IMG/VR virus record: IMGVR_UViG_3300037067_012088
Location: 64,001-128,000 of that record
Strand: one strand, 5' to 3'
Source: a virus
Lineage: Duplodnaviria; Caudoviricetes
DNA length: 64,000 nucleotides
Made by a program: the position numbers and the translations under genes. This document shows positions 19,962-28,827 of this stretch, piece after piece. Position 1 is the stretch's first letter. Each line of letters begins with the position of its first letter. The notes below the pieces were generated by a model. It saw only the letters and a list, made by a program, of their open reading frames with translations, did no database searches and had not been told where the DNA came from.

Positions 19962-21050
19962 TCAACTCTTGGGGGCCGTTAGCTCGGCTTCACCCTTGGG
20001 GTCAATGAGACCCAACGCCACCTCAGTCTTGACCTGCTGCTTCTGCCAAAACGAGCCGTCCTTGCCCATGCGGTATTCGAGGTGCTCGTCAAGAGTATCA
20101 ATAGCTTTCGTGTCCCCCTTGGCGGCGGCCTCGTCGCGCAGATCTTGGATGGCCTGAGTCTTCCTCTTGTCGAGTTCGTGCTTGATCCAAAGACGCCGAA
20201 TCGCGAAGTAGGCAGCGACCAACGCACTCAGTAGGATACCCCCCATCAGGTATGGGAACCACGGCTGATTTGTGAGCCAGTCGATGAAGATGGAGATAAG
20301 ACCTATGATAACACCACCTGCCGCGAGCCCTGCGCCCTCAACGACCAACTTGAACACCGCGAGAAGGACTACGCCCACCACGATGAGACCAAGACCCGCG
20401 ATCCGGGTCCAAAGCACCCATTGCGCGCGCTCCTTGCTCGCCGCCTCGTCTTTGATACGCTGTATCTCGGCATCCTTAGCCGCGAGAGCCTTCTTGATGT
20501 CGTCAGCGTGCTTGGCTTGCTCTGCTAGCTTCTCTCGGGCGAGACGGGCGATATCCGTTTCGCGTGCCTTGATAGTCTCATCGCGCTTGACTATCTCGGC
20601 ATCCTTGGCTGCAATCTCAGCGCGCGCGGTTTTGGTCGCGGCATCAGCCTCTGCATAGCGTCTCAACGCCTCGTCGCGTTGACCGGTTACGAGAAGGACC
20701 ACTCGCTCAAGGGCCTTGACCGTCTCTTCTGGATCGTCCTTGCCCAGTCGCTGTTTGCCCAGTTTGCTCTCCTCTGCGGCGGCCTCACGAGCGGGACTGA
20801 AGTCCATGTAGTCAAGGGCTTTGAGCACCCCAAGGAAGTTGGATGCCGCCTTGGCCGCGAGAGCCTGTTCCAGCAGACGCGCTTCCTGTTCAGCCTTGAC
20901 TTGGGCGGTGAGTCCCTTAATCTGCTCATCCTTGGCGACACCTAATGCGGTGGCGGCGGGACCTTCGGGGACGATAATGGTGTCAGTCTGACAACCGGTG
21001 AAGCCTACGATCAGGAGGGCGGCTATAAGGAGGGCTAATACACGCTTCAT
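19962..21050 (-). CDS. lipoprotein-coiled coil-3TM protein, candidate spanin/lysis protein
   Basis: Lipobox FTG-C20, long A/E/K/R coiled coil, three hydrophobic segments; late promoter. Confidence 0.5.
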   Translation of the reverse strand: MKRVLALLIAALLIVGFTGCQTDTIIVPEGPAATALGVAKDEQIKGLTAQVKAEQEARLLEQALAAKAASNFLGVLKALDYMDFSPAREAAAEESKLGKQRLGKDDPEETVKALERVVLLVTGQRDEALRRYAEADAATKTARAEIAAKDAEIVKRDETIKARETDIARLAREKLAEQAKHADDIKKALAAKDAEIQRIKDEAASKERAQWVLWTRIAGLGLIVVGVVLLAVFKLVVEGAGLAAGGVIIGLISIFIDWLTNQPWFPYLMGGILLSALVAAYFAIRRLWIKHELDKRKTQAIQDLRDEAAAKGDTKAIDTLDEHLEYRMGKDGSFWQKQQVKTEVALGLIDPKGEAELTAPKS

Positions 21051-21060
21051 GCCATGTAGG

Positions 21061-21086
21061 ATACACCGGAAGAGGGGTGGTTTGAC
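21061..21086 (-). promoter_or_regulatory. phage late promoter
   Basis: GTCAAAC-N11-CGGTGTAT. Confidence 0.7.
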
Positions 21087-21098
21087 TCACGAATCTGC

Positions 21099-21127
21099 TT
21101 GACGCGGCGCGCCAAGAGGAGCAGAAT
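21099..21127 (+). promoter_or_regulatory. sigma70-type promoter (leaderless)
   Basis: TTGACG-N17-CAGAAT, 8 nt before ATG. Confidence 0.55.
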
Positions 21128-21135
21128 AGTCGAGA

Positions 21136-21513
21136 ATGGATACTGAAACCTACTCCTTATCTGAGGCGTTCGACGCGATACGCAGTTTTATGGCCGATAC
21201 AGCCGCTCCGCTACCTGACTACGTCACCTACGATCCCGCGCTCACAGATGGCGACTTCAAGGTGATTAGGGAGACCTCACATGACGGGACCTTGTGGTTC
21301 ACCATAGACCGACTGAAAGACGTTCTCTTGACGGTTTTGCATAAGACGTGCGACAAGAAGGGGCGGACGCCACCCGAAGGGACCACCGACATCGAGTATA
21401 CCGTGGGACCCATCACGATTGAGACGGAATATGGTCTTCAAGACCTGCCCGCCGGGCGCTTCCCGGGACAGATTGATACTATCACCATGCCGGTTGTCGC
21501 GCGTTATGTTTAG
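21136..21513 (+). CDS. hypothetical protein
   Basis: 125 aa acidic ORF with promoter. Confidence 0.6.
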   Translation: MDTETYSLSEAFDAIRSFMADTAAPLPDYVTYDPALTDGDFKVIRETSHDGTLWFTIDRLKDVLLTVLHKTCDKKGRTPPEGTTDIEYTVGPITIETEYGLQDLPAGRFPGQIDTITMPVVARYV

Positions 21514-21516
21514 TCC

Positions 21517-21777
21517 ATGAACCGGCGCACCTTCTTCTCCCGACTGGCGGTTTCGCTAGTCTCCCTTCCCGCGATAGGTCGGGCGGTCACCACGCCGCGA
21601 ACCCTGTGGTTTGATGGTGAAAACGACTACCTCAAAACGGCAAAATGGGATGGGAAGCTACGACACCTGCCCGGCGTGAGCGGGAACTACTTCACCACTA
21701 CCGACAGTTCGGCCCTCAAAGTCGAGGGCGACGTAGAATGGACCATCGTAATGAAGCCCGCTCCCCGAATCACCTAG
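21517..21777 (+). CDS. Tat-signal mini-protein resembling fibre motifs
   Basis: MNRRTFF signal; WFDGENDYLKT and GVSGNYFTTTDSSAL..EGDVE match the 23-26 kb proteins. Confidence 0.6.
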   Translation: MNRRTFFSRLAVSLVSLPAIGRAVTTPRTLWFDGENDYLKTAKWDGKLRHLPGVSGNYFTTTDSSALKVEGDVEWTIVMKPAPRIT

Positions 21778-22267
21778 TCGGATCAAACACTACACATCCG
21801 ACATATCGCCCGACCACGTTCTCTTCCGTGATGAACCGATTGACGTTCGCGCTGTTGTCGTTATCGAAATTGTTGTAGCCCTTGAGGACAAGGCGACCGC
21901 CCGAGTTGCCTACGCAGGTATGCAGGATAATGGGGCCGTCAGGAGATAGACGATACAAGATGATATCACCAATCTTGATGTCGGAGACCTTAACTTTCTC
22001 GGCTACGATATAAAAGTTGCCCCATAGAATCGGCTCCATGGAATGGGTCTCTTGAATCGAATAGGGCTTGGCGTTAGGGATTAGACTCGCAAGAGTGTGA
22101 GCGATAGTCTCGGCTTGGGCGCGGGAAAGGCTGCTCTTGGGGCGCCAGACTTGAGAATAGTCGAGTTGGGAGGCTGGAACGGGCTGTTTGGGCGCGGTGG
22201 ATTCAGGTCGCTCTGGTCCGCAAGCGGGCAGGAACAGGAGAACAAAAAGGAGTAGGAGGTATCTCAT
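21770..22267 (-). CDS. lipoprotein with S26 (SipW/archaeal-type) signal peptidase domain
   Basis: LPAC lipobox; SMEP..IGDIILY..IILH..LKGYNN..D. Confidence 0.7.
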   Translation of the reverse strand: MRYLLLLFVLLFLPACGPERPESTAPKQPVPASQLDYSQVWRPKSSLSRAQAETIAHTLASLIPNAKPYSIQETHSMEPILWGNFYIVAEKVKVSDIKIGDIILYRLSPDGPIILHTCVGNSGGRLVLKGYNNFDNDNSANVNRFITEENVVGRYVGCVVFDPTR

Positions 22268-23022
22268 ATGAAGTGAGCGTAGACGTTTCCCATAACGGGG
22301 TCAAGCACTCCGTCGCCGCTTACCATGTTGATCGAGATATAGACACCAGAGCGCGCGGCCGGAAGGAGGGCCTGCCACGGTGTTACGATGACGGTGTTTT
22401 GGACATTGATGGGGGCGACGATAGGGACAGCAGAGATAAAGGAGTAGTTGGTGGCGGTCGTGTTGAAGGAGTCGCGATACTTGAGCCACAAACGGGAGTT
22501 CGCGGCACCGGCAGTGGCTTGTTTATTGACCACCATACGCCCGCTGGTGTAGTTTGTCAAGTCTATATAGGTGACTAGGCGGGAAGAGGCGTTGAGAAAC
22601 CCCTCCGCCGCCGCCATGTTGGTGAGAGTGAAACCGGCTGGATTAGTCGCAATGGGGAGGTAGAGAGGAGAGGTGCCGCCACCCGCTGGCCCGGCGGGAC
22701 CAACAATCGATGCACCACTCGCACCCTGTAGACCTTGCGCTCCAGAAGGGCCGACGATGGACGCACCGCTTAAACCGGGGACGCCAGATGGCCCGATAAT
22801 AGAAGCCCCAGACGGTCCTATGCTGCCTCCTCCACCCGATGCTATCGCGGCATAGACAGAGACATACTGGTTAACGCACCAACCAGATAGAGCCTCCACC
22901 TTGACACAAGTCTGTGCGCCAGTGACAGAGGTGCCGCTGGAGTCAACCACCAATTGGGTTACCGCAGTATCAAGCGTCGCAATCTGCGGGCCATAATCGG
23001 GAGAGGTGTTGGAGATGTGCAT
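22264..23022 (-). CDS. collagen-like fibre protein
   Basis: Repeated GPSGAS(I/V) units. Confidence 0.65.
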   Translation of the reverse strand: MHISNTSPDYGPQIATLDTAVTQLVVDSSGTSVTGAQTCVKVEALSGWCVNQYVSVYAAIASGGGGSIGPSGASIIGPSGVPGLSGASIVGPSGAQGLQGASGASIVGPAGPAGGGTSPLYLPIATNPAGFTLTNMAAAEGFLNASSRLVTYIDLTNYTSGRMVVNKQATAGAANSRLWLKYRDSFNTTATNYSFISAVPIVAPINVQNTVIVTPWQALLPAARSGVYISINMVSGDGVLDPVMGNVYAHFI

Positions 23023-23034
23023 GGGAGCACGACC

Positions 23035-24471
23035 TTAGATTCCCAAGGAATATTTATCGTTTAAATATCCGATAATAATATCTTGCTGGGCGGTGTTGTG
23101 GGCGGTGTTGAAGACGAGGACTTCGGAAGCGGTGATGTTGCCGAAATCAGTGGTATTTCCTCTTGCTCCAAGAATGAATCCGTTCATGGAATCAGAGCCG
23201 GCGTTCCCCGTGGTCGCGGCGACACGATTAATTCGGATTAAAGACGACGCACCGTTAAATCCGACTGTTACTATACCTTGAGTGGCCACAGCCAATCCGG
23301 TGGTGAAGATGGTTCCTCCGGCATAGGCAGTTAAACGCGGCGTAGTGATATCCTGCAAAAGTCCTCCGCTTAATGCGGTATTGCCATCAAATATATGATC
23401 CGTGTTCGTCCACGTCACCTGTTTGCCCACAAAGTAAACCGTTGTCGGTTGAGCCAACGTAAACGCCCCCGTCTTGAGATAGTCATTGGTCCCATCGAAG
23501 TAGAGGCAGCTCGCCGTGACCACGGTCGCGCCGCCATTCAGGGTAATGGTCGCCGCATTCACCGAGCTATCCGTAAACGTCGTGCCCGAGACATAGGTGG
23601 CGGGATTGAAGTCGAAGCGGAGATCCGTGCCATCAAGACCGGCGTAGATTTGGGTGCGATAGATGCGGCCGGCAAAAGACTCAAGGGTTCCTTGGGTTGA
23701 ACTTCCAATCTCTAGCGCATTACTCCCGTTGAATATAGATGTCGTTCCAGCAGTCGTTACGGGACTACCTAGCTGTGTCCACGTAGTGCCATTGAGCGAT
23801 GTGTAAAATATAGCAGTCTTGTTTCCTGCCCCATCATCCACGTCCAGCGTGACACGAATCCATAATGGATCTAAATTCGTGACGCTCGGGGCCACAGTTG
23901 AGTCATATACCACGTTTGCGGCGCCGCTATTACCTACCGGATTGGTTACCAGTCTGATGACTCCGGTTGTTGCAATCACTTGCAACATATAGCATCGATT
24001 GTTTGTTGTCCCGTCGAATTTAGCAATAATGGCCTGCGTAGAGCTTGGGGTCCAATCAATCGCCGCACAATACGCACGCAGATCAATATCTCCAGTAATA
24101 CTCACCGCCGCCGAATCCGGAGTCGAGAAGTAGTTCCCCGCCACCCCATTCAGATACCCATAGTTATTCCCCACCCCACCCCCATGCGGCAGCCAAGTTG
24201 GCTGGTTAGCCGCAGTAACCTGTTGCAGGCTCTTGTTGAGCGTGATACGCGAGGGCGCGAGGTTGAGCCATTGGGAGACGGTGTTGGCCGCGCCAACGGT
24301 GAGGCCGTAGCCGCCCATATAATGTTGGACGCAAGAATCGTTATACAGATTGGCCTTGGCGAGCTGACCGAGGAGCTGTGCGTCGCGCTGACTCAGGCCG
24401 GCGAAGCCGAGCTTCGTGAGCTTGTTGGATACGTTCTTGACGACGACAGGGACTTGATAGAGCTTGGCCAT
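23035..24471 (-). CDS. LamG/ConA-like fibre or receptor-binding protein
   Basis: LEIGS..FAGRIYRTQIY lectin-fold signatures; paralog of next gene. Confidence 0.65.
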   Translation of the reverse strand: MAKLYQVPVVVKNVSNKLTKLGFAGLSQRDAQLLGQLAKANLYNDSCVQHYMGGYGLTVGAANTVSQWLNLAPSRITLNKSLQQVTAANQPTWLPHGGGVGNNYGYLNGVAGNYFSTPDSAAVSITGDIDLRAYCAAIDWTPSSTQAIIAKFDGTTNNRCYMLQVIATTGVIRLVTNPVGNSGAANVVYDSTVAPSVTNLDPLWIRVTLDVDDGAGNKTAIFYTSLNGTTWTQLGSPVTTAGTTSIFNGSNALEIGSSTQGTLESFAGRIYRTQIYAGLDGTDLRFDFNPATYVSGTTFTDSSVNAATITLNGGATVVTASCLYFDGTNDYLKTGAFTLAQPTTVYFVGKQVTWTNTDHIFDGNTALSGGLLQDITTPRLTAYAGGTIFTTGLAVATQGIVTVGFNGASSLIRINRVAATTGNAGSDSMNGFILGARGNTTDFGNITASEVLVFNTAHNTAQQDIIIGYLNDKYSLGI

Positions 24472-26399
24472 TAGAGGGAGATACCGAACTTGGTTGCCTC
24501 GTATTGGATCACGAGATTCTGGGTGGCGGTATTATGGGCTTCGGAGTAAACCACCACCTCTTGGGCGGTGATGTTGGCGGGGTTGGTTGCGTCACCTCTT
24601 GCACCAAGAGTAAACCCACCGGCATTGTTGGTGCTCGCGTTTCCGGTGGCGGCGGCGGCCCGATTGATGCGAACACTTGAAGACGCCCCGTTAAATACGG
24701 CAGAGACAATCCCGTTTGTCCCCGTGGCCAAAGAGACCGGGCCGATTCCGTTTCCGGCGCTTGCGGTAATTTCTGGCGTTAGGGCCGCTTGCCGAAGCGA
24801 CATTCCGAGGAGAGTATTGCCGTCGAGGATACCATCCGCGTTCGTCCACGTCACCTGACTCCCCACAAAGTAAACCGTCTCCGGCTGGCTCAAGGAGAAC
24901 GCCGCCGCCTTCAAGTAGTCATTGGAGCCATCAAAGTAGAGGGAGGTCTTGGTGACGATGTTCGCACCACCGTTGATGGTCCATGTCTCAGCAGCGCCAC
25001 CCGTGAAGGTGGCTCCACTCGTATAGAGGCCGGGGTTATAGTCGGCCACAAGCACCCCATCGTCATAGACTCGGAATCGCTGGATGTTGCCATTGAAGTA
25101 GGAGGCAGCGAGCAACCCAAGCGTCCATGTGCCGCTGGTTAAGGCTCCGGTCCCAACCACGCCGCTGCCATTAGCGGTCCAATTGGTTCCGTCTGAACCG
25201 TAATAGTGATTAATGGCTCCAGTCGCGGTGTTATAGACCATTCGCACCCATGTTCCAGTTGTCGTCAGGCCGGGCGGGGGGATTGTCGCATCCTTCGTTG
25301 ATGTGCGAGTCCAGCGGACATTACCGGAGGAAAGTATTCTGATGGACCCCTCTGCCGCCGTGGTAGATAGCATGTAGGGGTTGCTGGCAAAATTTCGGCA
25401 CAGGGCAAAAAACTGAATATCAATCTCCCCGCTGGTCGCGTTTACTGTGGCAGTAAAGCTAGTTCCAGCGGTGCCATTCAAATACCCATAGTTCGTCCCA
25501 CTCCACGGCAGATAAACAGGCTGGTTAGCCGCCGTCCCCTGATACAAGTCCCGCGCTCCACTGATGCGGGCTCCCGTGGCTCCACTGGTGTTGATCGTGA
25601 CGGTGGCCGCGTTGCTGCTGGATTCGGGGAAGCTGGTGGCGAGCTTGCTAGCGGTGGCGAAGTTGGCGTCGAAGGCCAGCGTTCCGGCGATGCCATTGTA
25701 GATTTGGGCGCGGTAGATTAGGCCGGAGACAACGCTTGCCGTTCCAACAAATGACGAACCGATTTCCAAAACATTTGTTCCGTTAAAAATAGCACCACTG
25801 GTAATCGCTACCTGAGCGCCCAACTGAGTCCATGAAACGCCATCCGTGGAGGTATAGAAATTAACATTTCCAGAGGCGCTTGCGTATGTTGCGCGAATCC
25901 AACTGCGAGAAAAGTCTGTAATCCCTGTCGCTACTGTTGAAATTGCAGTTCTTCCCGCCGTGGTAGAACCGTCGCTAGTATAAATAAACCTAACCGTTCC
26001 ATCAGTCGAAACGAACAGGCTATAGCATCTATTGCTAGTCGTGTCCTTTGACACAAGGGCCTGAACCCCGGCGGGAGTCCAATCGTTGAGGGCTACATCG
26101 CACCGCAAATCAATATCCCCCGTAATGCTCAGCGGCACACTATCCGGCGCACTCGCATAATTCCCCACCACCCCATTCAGCACCAAGCAATTCACTGAGC
26201 TGTTACCGGACTTGTCGGAGACTAGCTTTATTCCTTCGCCGGTGCTGGGGACTGCGCCTGCATTGTTGCGCAAACTACCAATGTCGGAGATATCATACAA
26301 CGCCGCCAAATTAGGCAATTGTTGTGGCCGAATAAAGTTCTGAAGTCCCACAAAGGACCCGCCGCGTCTAGGATACCGCGATAGACCGATCTGGGCCAT
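24471..26399 (-). CDS. multi-LamG-like fibre or receptor-binding protein
   Basis: 642 aa, two internal LamG-like modules plus shared C-terminal module. Confidence 0.65.
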   Translation of the reverse strand: MAQIGLSRYPRRGGSFVGLQNFIRPQQLPNLAALYDISDIGSLRNNAGAVPSTGEGIKLVSDKSGNSSVNCLVLNGVVGNYASAPDSVPLSITGDIDLRCDVALNDWTPAGVQALVSKDTTSNRCYSLFVSTDGTVRFIYTSDGSTTAGRTAISTVATGITDFSRSWIRATYASASGNVNFYTSTDGVSWTQLGAQVAITSGAIFNGTNVLEIGSSFVGTASVVSGLIYRAQIYNGIAGTLAFDANFATASKLATSFPESSSNAATVTINTSGATGARISGARDLYQGTAANQPVYLPWSGTNYGYLNGTAGTSFTATVNATSGEIDIQFFALCRNFASNPYMLSTTAAEGSIRILSSGNVRWTRTSTKDATIPPPGLTTTGTWVRMVYNTATGAINHYYGSDGTNWTANGSGVVGTGALTSGTWTLGLLAASYFNGNIQRFRVYDDGVLVADYNPGLYTSGATFTGGAAETWTINGGANIVTKTSLYFDGSNDYLKAAAFSLSQPETVYFVGSQVTWTNADGILDGNTLLGMSLRQAALTPEITASAGNGIGPVSLATGTNGIVSAVFNGASSSVRINRAAAATGNASTNNAGGFTLGARGDATNPANITAQEVVVYSEAHNTATQNLVIQYEATKFGISL

Positions 26400-26402
26400 G
26401 GT

Positions 26403-26912
26403 TTAACCCTCCCAGCTCAAGAGAACACGAGATGGTGCGGAAGCGGTGCCCGTGCAACCGACATTGATGGCGCTAGAAAGGGTCCTGACCCCGTTATAAC
26501 CGCCGCCCGCCAAGGTCTCGAAAGTGTTGTAGAGGATACCGTTGACAAAGGCGAAACCGGATTCGACGTAGAGGCTCCATGATGCCGATCCTGCGGGAAT
26601 GCCGGTTTGTGAACCCGTTATGGCGGCGTTGTTGAAGGAGTAGGAGCCAGAATTGATGACGCCGGTTACGTTGACCGGAATGGTCTGGCCGGTGATAGAG
26701 ACGTTGTTCTCGACATTGATATCGCCAGAGAAAGAGACGTTGTCGATGGCGACAAGGAGACGGCCCGAGGGGTCTACTGCAATAGGGGTCCATAAGCCGG
26801 TTTGACCGGGAATACCCGTATTGGTGGCGGAATCAGACCAGCCACGAATGAAGGTCTGTGAGTGCTGATCCGGCGGGGAAGTATAGTAGCGATTGCGCGG
26901 TGTGATAGCCAT
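26403..26912 (-). CDS. virion structural protein
   Basis: Start placed at MAITPRNRYY below late promoter. Confidence 0.55.
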   Translation of the reverse strand: MAITPRNRYYTSPPDQHSQTFIRGWSDSATNTGIPGQTGLWTPIAVDPSGRLLVAIDNVSFSGDINVENNVSITGQTIPVNVTGVINSGSYSFNNAAITGSQTGIPAGSASWSLYVESGFAFVNGILYNTFETLAGGGYNGVRTLSSAINVGCTGTASAPSRVLLSWEG

Positions 26913-26962
26913 AGAATAGATGTAGGTTAAGATTAGGACGAGCAAAGGCTCGACCAAACCAG

Positions 26963-26988
26963 ATACACCGTTTCTATGTGCGATTACC
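26963..26988 (-). promoter_or_regulatory. phage late promoter
   Basis: GGTAATC-N11-CGGTGTAT. Confidence 0.75.
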
Positions 26989-27043
26989 CGACGAGTCTTA
27001 CCGAATACCCAATTACCTAGTGATCCAAGTGGCTCGATTATTC

Positions 27044-27072
27044 TTGACTTATGTCGATAAGACATTTAAACT
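27044..27072 (+). promoter_or_regulatory. sigma70-type promoter
   Basis: TTGACT-N17-TAAACT. Confidence 0.6.
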
Positions 27073-27082
27073 AATTGTCGAT

Positions 27083-27982
27083 ATGTCTGAATTAGATCGA
27101 CTAATAGTAAAACTGTCCCGCGACGGAATGTCCCCAATGGAGATATCCGAGAAGCTATCTGTTAACTATCAAAAAGCATACTATCTAGCGAAAAGATATG
27201 GAGTTTTACTAAAATCAAATCGGAAGATTTATCCGAGGAATAGTCATTACTTTGATATCATTGACTCGGATAGAAAGGCTTATTGGCTCGGTCTGCTTTA
27301 TGCAGACGGCAACATCCATCGACGCGTTAAAAAGATGCGCCTTAAACTCATCGAACCCGACAAATATCTCTTAGAAGCGATGTCCAAAGATATCGAATAT
27401 CAAGGACCTCTTTACTTCTCAAAAGCTTCCGATATAGGTAATCATGATCTTTGGAGTCTAGAAATAGCAGATGTCCATATGGTCGAGTCTCTTTATGAGA
27501 TTGGATTATATCCCAACAAGTCTCTCACTGTGGAGTTCCCTTCATTAAGACATCTTTCTGACGACTTATTTTGGCCGTTTATACGTGGATATTTTGATGG
27601 AGATGGCACAATTTGTATGGATAAAAATGACAGGCACCATTTGGTCGTGCAGATTTGTGTTTCGGAAGCATTTGGCAGAGAGCTAAAAAATAAACTAGAA
27701 GAGAAAACGGGTGTGCATGTTACTCTGTTTGCCACTAAAAAGAGTATTTACAAAGTATCCATTAAAGGTTTTAGACAATGTTTGTTTTTTCTTGATAAGA
27801 TATACGAGTCGGCTACAATCCGAATGGAAAGAAAACATCTCAAGTACATAGATATTCGTGATCGACGTATTAGAGATGGATTTATCATTCCGGATACTAA
27901 GGAACTACCCCCAGTGGTCTCCAATCTGACTCGCGATTCGAAGACGGGGAAATTCGTGGGACCACGCCAACTTTCTGCATGA
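27083..27982 (+). CDS. free-standing LAGLIDADG homing endonuclease
   Basis: KAYWLGLLYADG and FIRGYFDGDG; AT-rich; opposite strand to neighbours. Confidence 0.85.
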   Translation: MSELDRLIVKLSRDGMSPMEISEKLSVNYQKAYYLAKRYGVLLKSNRKIYPRNSHYFDIIDSDRKAYWLGLLYADGNIHRRVKKMRLKLIEPDKYLLEAMSKDIEYQGPLYFSKASDIGNHDLWSLEIADVHMVESLYEIGLYPNKSLTVEFPSLRHLSDDLFWPFIRGYFDGDGTICMDKNDRHHLVVQICVSEAFGRELKNKLEEKTGVHVTLFATKKSIYKVSIKGFRQCLFFLDKIYESATIRMERKHLKYIDIRDRRIRDGFIIPDTKELPPVVSNLTRDSKTGKFVGPRQLSA

Positions 27983-28724
27983 TAAACCTGATGAGGCCGC
28001 TCCTCAAGATGTCACTTGCTTCCTTCAGCTCGAATACGAACACTCCATTTTCTTTGCTCTCCATGTCACTAAAGTAGTCGAGGAAGCGTTTAAAACCCGA
28101 GCGAGAACCAATAGTAAGCTGAAATGTGGAATCGCCAATAATGAATACCTTGCAGTGCGGCCCGATACGGCTGACCGCCAAAAGGAGATCATCGTATGAC
28201 ATGGAGGCGGCCTCGTCAATAATTACCGTCTTACACGTGAACGTTTTACCTTGTAAGAATGACACCGGGATACACTCGATTCGATCATCTTTCTTGAGCC
28301 GGTCGATATCGGGTTTGGTTAGGAACTCCTCCAGCTTGTCATAGAGGACGCTGTTATAGGGCGACATACGTTCCTCTAGGCTACCCGGCAATAGACCCAC
28401 TTTGCCGGACGAAGTGCTCTCAAGAGCATTACGAACATAGACGATGCCGTCGCACTTCTTGTTGTTGAGCATGTGTAGTCCCGCTAGGACAGCGATTGCG
28501 CTTTTACCGGTGCCCCAGAAACCGTCTACCATTACGACTTGAGACTCCTTACTCATCGCGGTCTCAAATATCACGGATTGTCGCTGACTTAACGTATATC
28601 GATTCCTGATATTCAGAGGGATCAGCAATTTACCGTCTTGCTTGACCCACGCGCTTTTATCCTTCGTTTCCGCGCCCACGGCATCCGCCGCAAGTGCCCG
28701 TTTCGCCGACTTGTGTTTAGACAT
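27897..28724 (-). CDS. phoH: PhoH-family ATPase
   Basis: GFWGTGKS, GLLPGSLEERMSPY, FLQGKTF..IIDEA, IIGD, RSGL. Confidence 0.9.
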   Translation of the reverse strand: MSKHKSAKRALAADAVGAETKDKSAWVKQDGKLLIPLNIRNRYTLSQRQSVIFETAMSKESQVVMVDGFWGTGKSAIAVLAGLHMLNNKKCDGIVYVRNALESTSSGKVGLLPGSLEERMSPYNSVLYDKLEEFLTKPDIDRLKKDDRIECIPVSFLQGKTFTCKTVIIDEAASMSYDDLLLAVSRIGPHCKVFIIGDSTFQLTIGSRSGFKRFLDYFSDMESKENGVFVFELKEASDILRSGLIRFIMQKVGVVPRISPSSNRESDWRPLGVVP

Positions 28725-28745
28725 GGTAAAGAAGCTTATCTCATG

Positions 28746-28753
28746 ATACACCG
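28746..28753 (-). promoter_or_regulatory. late promoter -10 element
   Basis: CGGTGTAT 21 nt from phoH ATG; upstream element weak. Confidence 0.5.
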
Positions 28754-28770
28754 GATGGGGAGGGATGCCA

Positions 28771-28801
28771 AGAAAAAAGCTCACGGTGTGATTCCGTGAG
28801 C
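28771..28801 (-). terminator. intrinsic terminator
   Basis: GCTCACGG-loop-CCGTGAGC-TTTTTT. Confidence 0.75.
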
Positions 28802-28827
28802 CGAGAATGTCGAATTGGTGTAGGAGA

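Noticed and set aside
23035-26399. Diversity-generating retroelement TR/VR pair
   Set aside because: Differences between repeats are not adenine-specific, both copies are coding, and no reverse transcriptase is in the window
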